Source of the DNA: Pseudomonadota bacterium
Lineage (GTDB): Bacteria; Pseudomonadota; Gammaproteobacteria; Poriferisulfidales; JAYYZZ01
Assembly (NCBI GenBank): GCA_036687665.1
Contig: JAYYZZ010000001.1
Location: forward strand, 46,832 to 110,831
DNA length: 64,000 bases
Reading direction: 5' to 3'
Shown: piece by piece, positions 1-10,095 of the stretch
Position numbering within the stretch: the stretch's first letter is position 1
Layout of the letters: each line of letters opens with the position of its first letter
Notes under the pieces: model-generated
Database searches by the model: none
Told to the model about the DNA's origin: nothing
The model's input: only the letters and a program-made list of their open reading frames with translations
Position numbers and translations under genes: made by a program

Positions 1-281
1 CCAGATCTCGTTTTTAAGTTATGTGTACTAAAATATAAAACCGGTGTTGGGACTTGCCCAATATCATATATATATTTTCCAGCATCCTGGAGGCCTTCTA
101 TCAAAGCTGCAGCAAGATTGTTGCTCGATAATCTCCCGTCTCGACCTACACATATTTTCTCTACATCTGGGTACATTAGACCTAAAACATGCCCAATACG
201 TTTAACAATATCGGAATTTAAAGTCTCTCCCACAATGCCGCGAATATCATAAGCTCGAAAGATATTAGGACTTATTTCCAT
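1..281 (-). CDS. algC: Phosphomannomutase/phosphoglucomutase, 5' part (runs off the window edge)
   Basis: Not in the ORF track. Manual translation from ATG 281 gives MEISPNIFRAYDIRGIVG...VGRDGRLSS...DIGQVPTPVLYF, the alpha-D-phosphohexomutase N-terminal motifs. The coaBC-dut-algC order is conserved. Confidence 0.9.
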   Translation of the reverse strand, partial: MEISPNIFRAYDIRGIVGETLNSDIVKRIGHVLGLMYPDVEKICVGRDGRLSSNNLAAALIEGLQDAGKYIYDIGQVPTPVLYFSTHNLKTRS

Positions 282-308
282 CTGCTGAATGAGACTTTAT
301 CTATCAAG

Positions 309-764
309 TTATTGTCGGCCAGAATGTCCAAAGCCGCCTTTTCCTCTTTCGCTTGTTTTAAACTCATCTACTATCTCGAATTCAACTCTACTAATTGGAA
401 CAAAAACTAGTTGCGCAATACGTTCACCTATTTCAACAGTAAACGGCTCGGAGCTTCTATTCCAACATGAAATAAATAATTCTCCTTGATAGTCTGAATC
501 GATGAGCCCTACTAAATTTCCTAACACGATACCATGCTTATGCCCTAGACCCGATCGCGGTAAAATGGTTGCAGCCATACCAGAATCGCCAATATATATA
601 GCTAAACCTGTAGGTATTAAATGACACTCGTCTGGCTTGATAATTAGTGAATCTTGCAAGCAAGCACGCAAGTCTAAGCCTGCTGAACCTATTGTTGCAT
701 ATTTGGGAAGAGGAATATCTTGCCCAAGTCTTTTATCAAGGATTCTTAATTGAACCTTTTGCAT
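309..764 (-). CDS. dut: dUTP diphosphatase
   Basis: Motifs [37 protein letters not shown]. Confidence 0.98.
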   Translation of the reverse strand: MQKVQLRILDKRLGQDIPLPKYATIGSAGLDLRACLQDSLIIKPDECHLIPTGLAIYIGDSGMAATILPRSGLGHKHGIVLGNLVGLIDSDYQGELFISCWNRSSEPFTVEIGERIAQLVFVPISRVEFEIVDEFKTSERGKGGFGHSGRQ

Positions 765-1980
765 GCCCCATCTTTATTACGTTACTTTTACTTAGTTGGT
801 AATGTTTAGCTAGTATATTTACGAGTTGTCGCGCTAACCTGCCCTTGTCTGTCAATGGGAGAGTTTCATGCCCACCTGACCAATATAGTTCTATAGCATT
901 AGTAGAAGACGCTATCCCATGGCCCTCTTCTCCTATTTTATTGGCTGCAATCATATTTAAATTTTTACTTAAAAGCTTCTCTTTCGCATTACTTTCTAAA
1001 TTATCAGTCTCTGCAGCAAAACCCAAAGTAAACGGGGGATTTTCTAAATTAGCGACAGCCGTTAGTATGTCGGGATTCTTTTGTAATTTTATACTTTTTA
1101 ACGTCTCAGTTTTCTTTATTTTTTTATCATGAGTATTCACGGGACGATAATCAGCAACCGCAGCTGTAGAAATAAAAATTTCACATTGTTCAATATTTTC
1201 CATTACCGCTCTATTCATTTCTACAGCAGACTCGACATAAACGATTTCAATATTTTCTGGAGCTGCTAAATTTACAGGCCCGCTAATTAACTTAACATGT
1301 GCCCCCGCTTCTTGTGCTGCCTGTGCAATCGCGTAACCCATCTTCCCAGTGCTACGATTACTAATATAACGAACGGGATCAATATGCTCTTGAGTTGGAC
1401 CGGCAGTAATAACAACATTAAGATCCGAAAGTTTATTGGATTTAAAAATATTTTCTATTTCAGCCTGCAATACACTTGGCTCAAGCATTCTTCCCTCGCC
1501 AAATTCTCCACATGCCTGATCACCTATATCAGGTCCAAATAACTTCAATCCTCTGGAAACAAGAGTTTCAATATTTTTTTGAGTAGCATCATGCTCCCAC
1601 ATTTGTTTGTTCATTGCAGGTGCAAGCGCTACTGGTGAAGTGGTAGCCAAACAAACCGCTGTTAGAAGATCATTAGACCTGCCCTGAGTTAATCTTGCTA
1701 TACAATCAGCAGTTGCTGGAGCAATTAATATAACATCTGCCCATCTGGCTAAATCAATATGTGGCATAGGATCGCCCTGGTCATCAAACACCTCGCTAAA
1801 AACTTGTTCCCCTGTTAATGTTCTGAAAGTCAGTGCAGTCACAAACTTTTCTGAGGCCGGGGTCATAACCACTTTAACCATAGCGCCTGATTTTTTAAAT
1901 AATCTTACAAGCTCAGCACTCTTATAAGCTGCTATACCGCCTGTTACTCCTATTAAAATATGCTTGTTCTTCATTATCAT
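736..1980 (-). CDS. coaBC: Bifunctional phosphopantothenoylcysteine decarboxylase/ligase
   Basis: [63 protein letters not shown]; upstream of dut. Confidence 0.98.
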   Translation of the reverse strand: MIMKNKHILIGVTGGIAAYKSAELVRLFKKSGAMVKVVMTPASEKFVTALTFRTLTGEQVFSEVFDDQGDPMPHIDLARWADVILIAPATADCIARLTQGRSNDLLTAVCLATTSPVALAPAMNKQMWEHDATQKNIETLVSRGLKLFGPDIGDQACGEFGEGRMLEPSVLQAEIENIFKSNKLSDLNVVITAGPTQEHIDPVRYISNRSTGKMGYAIAQAAQEAGAHVKLISGPVNLAAPENIEIVYVESAVEMNRAVMENIEQCEIFISTAAVADYRPVNTHDKKIKKTETLKSIKLQKNPDILTAVANLENPPFTLGFAAETDNLESNAKEKLLSKNLNMIAANKIGEEGHGIASSTNAIELYWSGGHETLPLTDKGRLARQLVNILAKHYQLSKSNVIKMGHAKGSIKNP

Positions 1981-2004
1981 AATTTAAGTCTAACAAATTC
2001 AAGG

Positions 2005-2033
2005 AAAAAAAAACCGGGGGCTAGCCCCGGTTT
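2005..2033 (-). terminator. Rho-independent terminator of the DUF1097 gene
   Basis: On the - strand AAACCGGGG-CTAGC-CCCCGGTTT followed by a T run, about 22 nt after the stop at 2056. Confidence 0.85.
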
Positions 2034-2055
2034 GAAAAAATATTTTTTCTACTCC

Positions 2056-2559
2056 TTACGAACCTATTGCATCAGCTACTTTTCCTGAAATCATGCCAAA
2101 CACTGCACCCAGTATAACTGAGAGAGCAATAGTTACGACAGGATTTCCAAGTGATGCTGCGGTAACCATACCTGCTTGAGCAGATGGTGCATGGATTACA
2201 TAACCAGCGCATGCAGCATAACCGCATACAGCTGTTGGAGCATTATCAAACATATCAATCTGAGTTCCGAACATAAGAACAAAGACAGTTATTGCTATCC
2301 ATATTGGGCCATTTAATGCGCCACCGATATTAATAGCTCCTGATAGGGCAAAAAATACTCCTGCTAAAACCGCCCCATAAATACCACTTGTTATTGTGCT
2401 TTTTAATGCGTCGTTATCTCCGCCATTTGCAAAGAACAATGCCCATGCTATGAAACCAACCCACAGCAAGTAAACATCACTCAAAACATTTCCTGATAGG
2501 AAAACAGCTATCCCACCTACTACACCGACGCTTAATGATAAAGCCATATGTTTATTCAT
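2056..2559 (-). CDS. DUF1097-family integral membrane protein
   Basis: Multi-TM hydrophobic protein with WVGFIAWALFFANGG and a Gly-rich C-terminal helix (SVILGAVFGMIS) typical of DUF1097; RBS AGAAGGAG upstream. Confidence 0.75.
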   Translation of the reverse strand: MNKHMALSLSVGVVGGIAVFLSGNVLSDVYLLWVGFIAWALFFANGGDNDALKSTITSGIYGAVLAGVFFALSGAINIGGALNGPIWIAITVFVLMFGTQIDMFDNAPTAVCGYAACAGYVIHAPSAQAGMVTAASLGNPVVTIALSVILGAVFGMISGKVADAIGS

Positions 2560-2662
2560 GTTGTCGTCTCCTTCTCGCTTTTTGTAATCTATATAGATCG
2601 GGGGTAATTATATATGGATAAGAAAATTTAATGCTTCTTTATTTTTTAAATTTTGTAAACTA

Positions 2663-3829
2663 TTATTTATAAAGGATTTTTTTGAATATTTTTGCCTTTC
2701 TTAAGGTTGAAAACACATCAAATAGATAGTCTATATGTTCTATTTCATGGGTCGCGGTTATAGTGATTCGAAGCCGAGAAGTGCCTGCTGGAACAGATGG
2801 GGGCCTGATAGCTGCAATATGGATACCATTGTCTAACAACATTGAACTAAGCTGAACAACTTTATCCGCGCTACCCACAACCAATGGCTGAATTGGTGTA
2901 ATTGAATTTATTATAGGAAGATCTAATTCGTCTGCGCCCTTTTTAAAGTACGCAACTAATTCCATGAGTTTTTCACGCCTCCAAGATTCCGAATCTAAAA
3001 GTTTAAGTGAAGTTCTTGTTGCTTCTGCTATTGCCGGTGGCATTGCAGTTGTATAAATATAAGTTCTAGCAGTCTGTATCAGATGTTCAATTAATGTTTC
3101 ACTCCCTGCAATAAAAGCACCAAATGTACCTAAAGCTTTTCCAAAAGTAGCCATACGAACTTCAGCTTTATATTTTTCAGCAATTCCTAATCCGTTAGGT
3201 CCGAATATTCCAAAACCATGCGCATCATCTAACATTAAGGGGGTAGAAAATTTTTTTGAAAGGTTAGTCAATGATTCTATGTCTACAATGTCACCATCCA
3301 TGCTAAAAACTGTGTCAGAAACAATTAATTTTTCCAAGGATTGGTTTGAGCGTAAGTAATGACTTAAATGTTCGAGATCTCCATGTCTATATCTAATAAA
3401 TTTTGCTTCAGAATATTTACACGCATCAACTAGTGAAGCATGATTTAACTTATCCGCAAGAACTAAAGAATTTTTTTTTGTTAAACTTAATATTGTGCCA
3501 ATATTGGCAAAATAGCCGCTATTAAATACAAGAACTCTTTCAGAGTTCAGCTTATTCGCTAATTCTTCTTCTAAAATTTTTTGGGCATCTGTATAACCTG
3601 AGATAAGATTTGATGATCCTGACCCAACACCATATTTATTAGCCCCATCTATGAAAGCTTGGATTACTGCTGGGTGACTAGCTAAACCCAAGTAATTATT
3701 TCCGCAAAAGGAAATGGCCTTCTTTCCATCGATAAAAACAATAGGGTCCTGCTGTCCTTCGCGAACAACGCGCTTCCTATACAAGTTATCTATTTTTTTA
3801 GATTCAAGCTCATCAGCTAAACGTTTCAT
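2663..3829 (-). CDS. bioF: 8-amino-7-oxononanoate synthase
   Basis: NNYLGLA, GSGSS, NHASLVD, VFSMDGD, DDAHG, TFGKALG, IRPPSVP; coupled to bioB. Confidence 0.96.
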   Translation of the reverse strand: MKRLADELESKKIDNLYRKRVVREGQQDPIVFIDGKKAISFCGNNYLGLASHPAVIQAFIDGANKYGVGSGSSNLISGYTDAQKILEEELANKLNSERVLVFNSGYFANIGTILSLTKKNSLVLADKLNHASLVDACKYSEAKFIRYRHGDLEHLSHYLRSNQSLEKLIVSDTVFSMDGDIVDIESLTNLSKKFSTPLMLDDAHGFGIFGPNGLGIAEKYKAEVRMATFGKALGTFGAFIAGSETLIEHLIQTARTYIYTTAMPPAIAEATRTSLKLLDSESWRREKLMELVAYFKKGADELDLPIINSITPIQPLVVGSADKVVQLSSMLLDNGIHIAAIRPPSVPAGTSRLRITITATHEIEHIDYLFDVFSTLRKAKIFKKILYK

Positions 3830-4770
3830 GGAGCAATACAGTGCATCCCTAAGCGATCTAGCATAATTTTATCTTTTTCTTCCGTTGGGTTAGTAGTCGT
3901 AAGTAATTTTTCACCATAAAAAATTGAGTTAGCGCCAGCAAAAAAACATAAGGCTTGTGTTTCTTCAGTCATTTCTTCTCTCCCGGCGGACAATCTCACA
4001 AATGATTTAGGCATTAAAATTCTTGCAACTGCAATAGTCTTTATAAAATCTAAGGCAGCAATTTTCTCAACTCCATATAAAGGTGTACCTTTGACTTGCA
4101 CTAGCATATTAATAGGAACCGACTCTGGGTGTTTTTTTTGGTTACTAAGTTGAATTAAGAGATTTGCTCTGTCTTTAATTGTTTCCCCCATACCTATTAT
4201 GCCGCCAGAACAAACATTAATACCGGCTTTCCGAACAAAACTAAGTGTATCCAATCGATCTTTATATATACGTGTTGTAATTATATTTCCGTAGAATTCT
4301 GGCGAAGTATCAAGATTATGGTTGTAGTAGTCTAAGCCAGCATCGGCGAGTCTTTTTGCTTGGTCTAAAGTTAACATGCCAAGTGTTGCACATGATTCTA
4401 GACCTTCACGTTTAACTGCTTGCACCATTTCAATCACCATATCAAGATCTTTGTCTGTCGGATGCTTCCATGCTGCTCCCATGCAAAACCTGCTAGCACC
4501 ATTCTTTCTTGCCAGCTCAGCTGACTCAGTTACCTTTTTTATTGATATTAATCTCTCTTTTTGAAGGCCGGTATTGTAGTGCGCACTTTGTGGGCAATAT
4601 GCGCAATCTTCAGGACATGAGCCAGTTTTTATAGATAATAAAGTAGAAACTTGGACACCGTTTGGATCATGGCTAGCACGATGAATACAATGAGCTTTAT
4701 ATAACAAATCATTAAAAGGAAGCGCAAAAAGATCCATCACTTCTTCTATTTTCCAATTATGTTTATGCAT
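3826..4770 (-). CDS. bioB: Biotin synthase (radical SAM)
   Basis: [40 protein letters not shown]. Confidence 0.98.
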   Translation of the reverse strand: MHKHNWKIEEVMDLFALPFNDLLYKAHCIHRASHDPNGVQVSTLLSIKTGSCPEDCAYCPQSAHYNTGLQKERLISIKKVTESAELARKNGASRFCMGAAWKHPTDKDLDMVIEMVQAVKREGLESCATLGMLTLDQAKRLADAGLDYYNHNLDTSPEFYGNIITTRIYKDRLDTLSFVRKAGINVCSGGIIGMGETIKDRANLLIQLSNQKKHPESVPINMLVQVKGTPLYGVEKIAALDFIKTIAVARILMPKSFVRLSAGREEMTEETQALCFFAGANSIFYGEKLLTTTNPTEEKDKIMLDRLGMHCIAP

Positions 4771-4826
4771 AAGAATTAAAATCTATAAAATTATGTAAAA
4801 CAAAAAGTCTAACGGGTAATTATTTG

Positions 4827-4859
4827 CTGTCAATAAAAAATAATAATAATAATTTACAA
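4827..4859 (-). promoter_or_regulatory. Putative BirA operator upstream of bioB
   Basis: On the - strand TTGTAAAT-N17-ATTGACAG, about 60 nt upstream of bioB; resembles the proteobacterial bioO pattern tTGTaAACC-N14-16-GGTTtACAa but lacks the inner CC/GG. Confidence 0.5.
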
Positions 4860-4879
4860 TTGATTAATAAATCAACAGA

Positions 4880-5752
4880 TTAGAGACCAATACCTTGCTT
4901 CGCAAGGTAGTCGAGGCTAATACCCGCGAAAATAAAAAATCCCACATAGTTATTATTAATAAAAGCGTCAATACAATACATTGGTTTGCGTTCAATTATT
5001 AAAAACTGGTGATTAATCATTAACCATACAGCAATAAGCAAAAAAGAAAAAAATATAGCGCCGAAGTCAGCTCTATAACCAATAAATAAAAAAACTATAA
5101 CTAGCAGTGTCTGCAAGCATGCAAGCATAGCTCTGTCATAAGGGCCAAACAATATTGCGGTTGATTTGACACCTATTTTGACATCATCTTCTTTATCAGC
5201 CATCGCATACATCGTGTCATAAACTGTCGTCCATAAGACAGCTGCAACAAACAGCAACCATCCCTCCGGGGTCGGCATTTTGCCTGTTTGCGCTGCAAAA
5301 ACCATTGGTACCGACCAAGCAAAAGAAATTCCAAGATGAACCTGGGGTAAGTAATGCAGTCGCTTCATAAAAGGGTAACTAATAATTAAAAAAATACCAA
5401 TTAAAGATAATAGGATAGTAAGATTATTCAGCATAATTACTAGCGAAAAGGCTGCGATGCTTAATACAAAAAATACTACCAATGCTTCCAGGGGTTTCAC
5501 TTCGCCAGCAGCAATAGGTCTATTTTTAGTCCTTCGAACATGAACATCGTACTTCCTGTCTATGAAATCATTGATCGCGCAGCCTGCAGATCTGATGAAT
5601 ATCACGCCTAAAACAAAGATAGTAAGTATTTTAATATCAGGGTCTCCATTGGAGGAAAGCCAAAGAGCCCAAAGGCAGGGCCATAACAATAAATATATCC
5701 CTATAGGACGATTAAGCCTGATTAACTCCGCATATTTACTTAATTTACCCAT
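4880..5752 (-). CDS. ubiA: 4-hydroxybenzoate octaprenyltransferase
   Basis: RLNRPIG, RSAGCAINDFIDR..D..VRRT..RP, YPFMKR, YDTMYAMADKEDD..IGVKSTA. Confidence 0.97.
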   Translation of the reverse strand: MGKLSKYAELIRLNRPIGIYLLLWPCLWALWLSSNGDPDIKILTIFVLGVIFIRSAGCAINDFIDRKYDVHVRRTKNRPIAAGEVKPLEALVVFFVLSIAAFSLVIMLNNLTILLSLIGIFLIISYPFMKRLHYLPQVHLGISFAWSVPMVFAAQTGKMPTPEGWLLFVAAVLWTTVYDTMYAMADKEDDVKIGVKSTAILFGPYDRAMLACLQTLLVIVFLFIGYRADFGAIFFSFLLIAVWLMINHQFLIIERKPMYCIDAFINNNYVGFFIFAGISLDYLAKQGIGL

Positions 5753-5849
5753 ATATCACCTATAATTTAACCAGCCCCTGAAAACCCATCCTAGTTGAAA
5801 TAGTATAAAAAAGTTATTATCAAATCTGGCAAATTAAAATTCTAGAAGA

Positions 5850-6383
5850 ATGGTTATTAGAGCATACCAACAATATACGCCGGACATCCATAAAACAGCT
5901 TTCGTTGATGAAACTGCTTTAGTGACAGGTAATGTAGAAATAGGCGCGAAAAGCTCGGTTTGGCCTATGGTTTCGATTCGTGGAGATATGCACCAAATAA
6001 AAATAGGAGAACGCACTAATATACAAGATGGATCTATTCTACATGTAACCCCGGATTCTAATTTTTTCCCAGGAGGGAAACCATTAATTATTGGTGATAA
6101 TGTCACTGTTGGACATAATGCTGTTTTACATGCTTGTACAATTGATAACTTATCTCTTGTAGGAATGGGTGCGATTGTTCTGGACGGATCTAGAATAAAA
6201 TCCAATGTAATATTAGGCGCAGGCAGTTTAGTCCCTCCCAATAAAATTCTTGATGAAGGGTTACTTTGGGTAGGAAGCCCTGCAAAGCCCGTGCGAGAAT
6301 TAACTACAGATGAATTAGCATATCTGCAATTTTCTGCAGATGATTATGTTGCAACAATGGAGCAGCATAAAAAAAATACATAA
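5850..6383 (+). CDS. Gamma carbonic anhydrase family protein (YrdA-like)
   Basis: Hexapeptide repeats, IRGD, NIQDGSILHV, VGH...LHAC, GSPAKPVREL. Confidence 0.93.
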   Translation: MVIRAYQQYTPDIHKTAFVDETALVTGNVEIGAKSSVWPMVSIRGDMHQIKIGERTNIQDGSILHVTPDSNFFPGGKPLIIGDNVTVGHNAVLHACTIDNLSLVGMGAIVLDGSRIKSNVILGAGSLVPPNKILDEGLLWVGSPAKPVRELTTDELAYLQFSADDYVATMEQHKKNT

Positions 6384-6406
6384 ATATATTAAACAGGAGA
6401 AAATTT

Positions 6407-7717
6407 GTGAGTGCATACGAGAAAAGAAAAGATTTTGAATATAGTGGTTTAAATACTCAAGCTATCCATGCCGGCGCCGAACCAGACCCCTCCACAGGCG
6501 CAAGAATCACTCCAATACATCAATCTACCGCTTTTGTTTTCAATGATATTGATCATGCTGCTGCCCTTTTTAATTTAGAAACTTTTGGCTATATCTACTC
6601 CAGATTAACAAACCCAACTGTTGATATTGCACAAAAAAGATTAGCGGCATTAGAAGGCGGTATTGGAGGTATTTGTACTGCATCTGGGCACTCAGCTCAG
6701 CTTTTATCTATGTTTGCCCTTTTGAACCCTGGCGATGAGTTTATTGCATCAAATAAACTTTATGGAGGATCTATTACTCAATTCGGGCATTCATTTAAAA
6801 AATTTGGATGGAATGTGATTTTTGTAGATCCCGACAAACCCGAAAATTTTCTTAACGCTGTTACACCGAAAACTAAACTAATCTTCAGTGAGAGTTTAGC
6901 AAACCCAGGGGGTGTTGTTTGTGACATAGAGGGTATTGCTAAAGTAGCCCATGATGCTGGCGTTCCATACTTAGTAGATAACACACTCGCAACTCCTGCA
7001 TTATGCAGACCGATTGAGTATGGGGCTGATATCATCGTTCATTCCACTACTAAATATCTCTCAGGACATGGCGATAGCATGGGTGGTGGCATTATTGACA
7101 GCGGAAATTTCGATTGGGGACAAAATGATAAATTCGGAGATTTAGTAAACCCGTGTGGTGCGTATCATGGTCTCAGTTTCCATAAAACTTTTGGCAACCT
7201 AGCTTATACCGTTTACACAGTAGCCGTAAGTTTACGAGATCTTGGTCCCACAATGAGCCCTATGAATGCATATTTAACAATAAGAGGGATTGAAACACTG
7301 CCTCTGAGAATGGAAAAACACTGCAAAAATGCTCTTAAAGTTGCCACCTGGTTAGAAAAAAATAAAAATGTGGAATGGGTTTCATACGCTGGCCTACCTT
7401 CCAGCCCATACAATAAATTAGCAAAAAAATACTGCCCAGATGGTGCAGGTTCTGTGTTTACTTTTGGAGTAAAAGGAGGTTACGAAATGGGAATTAGTGT
7501 TATAGAGAACATAAAAATGCTCTCACATGTAGCAAATATTGGGGATACCCGCAGCTTAATTATACATCCAGCGTCTACTACACACCGCCAATTGACTGAT
7601 GAGCAAAAAGTCGCAGCAGGGGCAAGCCCTGAAGTTATAAGATTATCAATTGGCATTGAAAGTGCGGAAGATATAATAAAAGATCTTGAACAGGCAATGA
7701 ATAATGCTGCAAAGTAA
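6407..7717 (+). CDS. metY: O-acetylhomoserine aminocarboxypropyltransferase (MetY/MET17-type sulfhydrylase)
   Basis: YSRLTNPT, LYGG, DNTLATP, PLP lysine in HSTTKY, ANIGD, HPASTTHRQL, IRLSIGIE; GTG start with AGGAG RBS. Confidence 0.9.
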   Translation: MSAYEKRKDFEYSGLNTQAIHAGAEPDPSTGARITPIHQSTAFVFNDIDHAAALFNLETFGYIYSRLTNPTVDIAQKRLAALEGGIGGICTASGHSAQLLSMFALLNPGDEFIASNKLYGGSITQFGHSFKKFGWNVIFVDPDKPENFLNAVTPKTKLIFSESLANPGGVVCDIEGIAKVAHDAGVPYLVDNTLATPALCRPIEYGADIIVHSTTKYLSGHGDSMGGGIIDSGNFDWGQNDKFGDLVNPCGAYHGLSFHKTFGNLAYTVYTVAVSLRDLGPTMSPMNAYLTIRGIETLPLRMEKHCKNALKVATWLEKNKNVEWVSYAGLPSSPYNKLAKKYCPDGAGSVFTFGVKGGYEMGISVIENIKMLSHVANIGDTRSLIIHPASTTHRQLTDEQKVAAGASPEVIRLSIGIESAEDIIKDLEQAMNNAAK

Positions 7718-7732
7718 TACTAAAAGACACTA

Positions 7733-7933
7733 ATGAACGTCACTATTAATGGAAAACAAAAAAACGTAACTGGCAACACAACGGTTACAAATTTGTTTCT
7801 AAAATTCAACATAAAAACAAAAAACATAGCATTAGAACTCAATGGTGAAATTTTACCGAAAAGTGAATGGTTAAATTATATTGTAAAAGAAGGAGACACA
7901 ATAGAGATAGTGGAAGCCATCGGGGGCGGATAA
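7733..7933 (+). CDS. thiS: Sulfur carrier protein ThiS
   Basis: 66 aa ubiquitin-like protein ending IVEAIGGG; its stop overlaps the thiG start. Confidence 0.95.
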   Translation: MNVTINGKQKNVTGNTTVTNLFLKFNIKTKNIALELNGEILPKSEWLNYIVKEGDTIEIVEAIGGG

Positions 7934-8712
7934 TGGAAGATTTGCTCATAATCGACAAAGCAAAATATCACTCAAGGCTGCTAGTCGGAACAGGTAAATA
8001 TAGGGATCATGATGAAACTGCTGCTGCTATCGAAGCAAGTGGTGCAGAAATTGTAACTGTTGCTATTAGGAGAACTAATATTGGTCAAAATAAAAATGAA
8101 CCTAACTTATTAGATTCAATCTCTCCGAAAAAATATACCATCCTGCCAAATACTGCAGGTTGTTATACTGCAAATGAAGCGATCCGGATTTGCCAACTCT
8201 CCAGGGAAATTCTCGAAGGGAAGAATTTAGTGAAATTAGAAGTTCTAGGGGATAAAAAAACACTCTACCCAAATATAGATGAAACGATAGTTGCCGCCGA
8301 AAAGCTAGTTAAAGACAACTTTAAGATTATGGTTTATACCAACGATGACCCAATTATTGCTAAAAGATTGGAGGAAATTGGCTGTATTTCAGTTATGCCC
8401 CTAGCGGCCCCAATAGGTTCAGGTCTCGGAATTCGTAATCCATCTAATATTCTATCTATTGTAGAAAATGCATCTGTTCCAATCATTGTTGATGCTGGTG
8501 TTGGTACAGCAAGCGATGCAACTATTGCGATGGAATTAGGATGTAGTGGCGTTTTAATGAACACTGCAATTGCTGAAGCAAAAAATCCGGTTCTAATGGC
8601 ATCAGCAATGAAAAAAGGTGTGCTAGCAGGAAGGCAGGCTTTTTTAGCAGGCAGAATGGGTAAAAAAGACTATGCATCTGCCTCAAGCCCATTGGACGGG
8701 ATGCCCAGTTAG
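7933..8712 (+). CDS. thiG: Thiazole synthase
   Basis: [42 protein letters not shown]. Likely start is ATG 7933 (TAATG overlap), not 7867. Confidence 0.97.
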   Translation: MEDLLIIDKAKYHSRLLVGTGKYRDHDETAAAIEASGAEIVTVAIRRTNIGQNKNEPNLLDSISPKKYTILPNTAGCYTANEAIRICQLSREILEGKNLVKLEVLGDKKTLYPNIDETIVAAEKLVKDNFKIMVYTNDDPIIAKRLEEIGCISVMPLAAPIGSGLGIRNPSNILSIVENASVPIIVDAGVGTASDATIAMELGCSGVLMNTAIAEAKNPVLMASAMKKGVLAGRQAFLAGRMGKKDYASASSPLDGMPS

Positions 8713-8721
8713 ACTTTAGTA

Positions 8722-9423
8722 ATGCTTAGAACCTTAACAGGCTCGTGTTTATTTTATTTAGGCTTAGTTTTAGTAACTATACCGTACTCATTTGTTACCC
8801 TAGTATGCTTACCATTTCCTAGAAAAACACGTTACAAAATAATCACTCTCTGGAATCGTTTTATAATTTCTTGGCTAGAAATGACTTGTTGTATTTCCTG
8901 GAAAGTTAATGGGCTGGAGAATATACCTAGCAAAGGTCCTTATATTGTCATGTCAAATCATCAGTCTGCATGGGAAACTATCGCCTTTTTGACACTTTTC
9001 GATCCATTAGTGATCATTTTAAAAAGAGAGCTTCTTTGGATTCCTTTTTTCGGCTGGTCATTATCAATGCTAAACCCAATAGCGCTTGATCGTGGCTCTG
9101 CTAGGCAATCTCTAAGACAGCTAATGCGCGAAGCGAAAATAAGATTAAATAACTCTGAATGTTTAATAATCTTTCCTGAGGGAACGCGAGTATCGCCTAA
9201 TAAAGAAAGTGATTACAAGCTTGGCGGTGCTGTAATTGCTTGTGACAATAATATTCCGGTGTTGCCCGTAGCACATGATGCGGGAAAATACTGGCCTCGT
9301 AAAAGCTTCATCAAAAAACCTGGGGAAATCAAAATAACAATTGGAAAAGCGCTAGATACCCAACTAATAACTCCAAAAGAGCTTAATAAAAAAATAAAAG
9401 ACTGGATAGAAAAAAACAAATAA
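8722..9423 (+). CDS. plsC: 1-acyl-sn-glycerol-3-phosphate acyltransferase
   Basis: NHQSAWET, KRELLWIPFFGW, FPEGTR, PVAH. Confidence 0.92.
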   Translation: MLRTLTGSCLFYLGLVLVTIPYSFVTLVCLPFPRKTRYKIITLWNRFIISWLEMTCCISWKVNGLENIPSKGPYIVMSNHQSAWETIAFLTLFDPLVIILKRELLWIPFFGWSLSMLNPIALDRGSARQSLRQLMREAKIRLNNSECLIIFPEGTRVSPNKESDYKLGGAVIACDNNIPVLPVAHDAGKYWPRKSFIKKPGEIKITIGKALDTQLITPKELNKKIKDWIEKNK

Positions 9424-9424
9424 T

Positions 9425-10081
9425 ATGTATAAAGAAAGAATTAGGAGCTATGTCAAAAGAGAAGGAAGAATAACAAGAGGGCAAAAAAGAGCACTAACAG
9501 AACTATGGCCTATCTACGGGTTAGAACTTGAGCAAAAAATTTTAGACCCGTCAATTTTGTTCGAAGAAAAAAATCCTATATGCATGGAAATTGGTTTTGG
9601 TAATGGCGAAGCATTAATAGAAATGGCATTACAAAATAATAAGCTAAATTTTCTTGGGGTTGAGGTATACCGCCCAGGAATTGGCCAAACATTAAAACTT
9701 CTTGAAAAACACAAAATAAAAAATGTAAAAATTGTTGCTGGTGATGGTCACATGGTTCTAAAAGAAAATATCCTAGAAAATACCTTGCAAAACTTACTTA
9801 TATTCTTCCCAGATCCATGGCCGAAAAAAAAACACCACAAAAGAAGACTGATTAAGGAATCATTCATTAAGTTAGCTGGCCAAAAAATTAAAGTGGGAGG
9901 GAATCTTCATATAGCAACTGATTGGAGTCCTTACGCAAAAAATATAAATATCATAATGAATGATATAAGTGATTTTATAAGCATAAAAAATTTCACACAC
10001 CTGCGCCCGACAACTAGATACGAGAGGCGCGGAAAAAATTTAGGTCACGAAATATTTGATCTCGTTTTTGAAAAAAATTAA
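9425..10081 (+). CDS. trmB: tRNA (guanine-N7)-methyltransferase
   Basis: IRSYVKREGR, EIGFGNG, FFPDPWPKKKHHKRR, ATDW, TRYERRG. Confidence 0.97.
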   Translation: MYKERIRSYVKREGRITRGQKRALTELWPIYGLELEQKILDPSILFEEKNPICMEIGFGNGEALIEMALQNNKLNFLGVEVYRPGIGQTLKLLEKHKIKNVKIVAGDGHMVLKENILENTLQNLLIFFPDPWPKKKHHKRRLIKESFIKLAGQKIKVGGNLHIATDWSPYAKNINIIMNDISDFISIKNFTHLRPTTRYERRGKNLGHEIFDLVFEKN

Positions 10082-10095
10082 AAACAAATCTAATG

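Noticed and set aside
7867-7932. N-terminal extensions in the ORF track for thiG (likewise atpE 41299-41352, mnmE 48165-48200, parA 44272-44286)
   Set aside because: They overlap upstream genes; downstream ATGs match the family N-termini and RBS or translational-coupling patterns.
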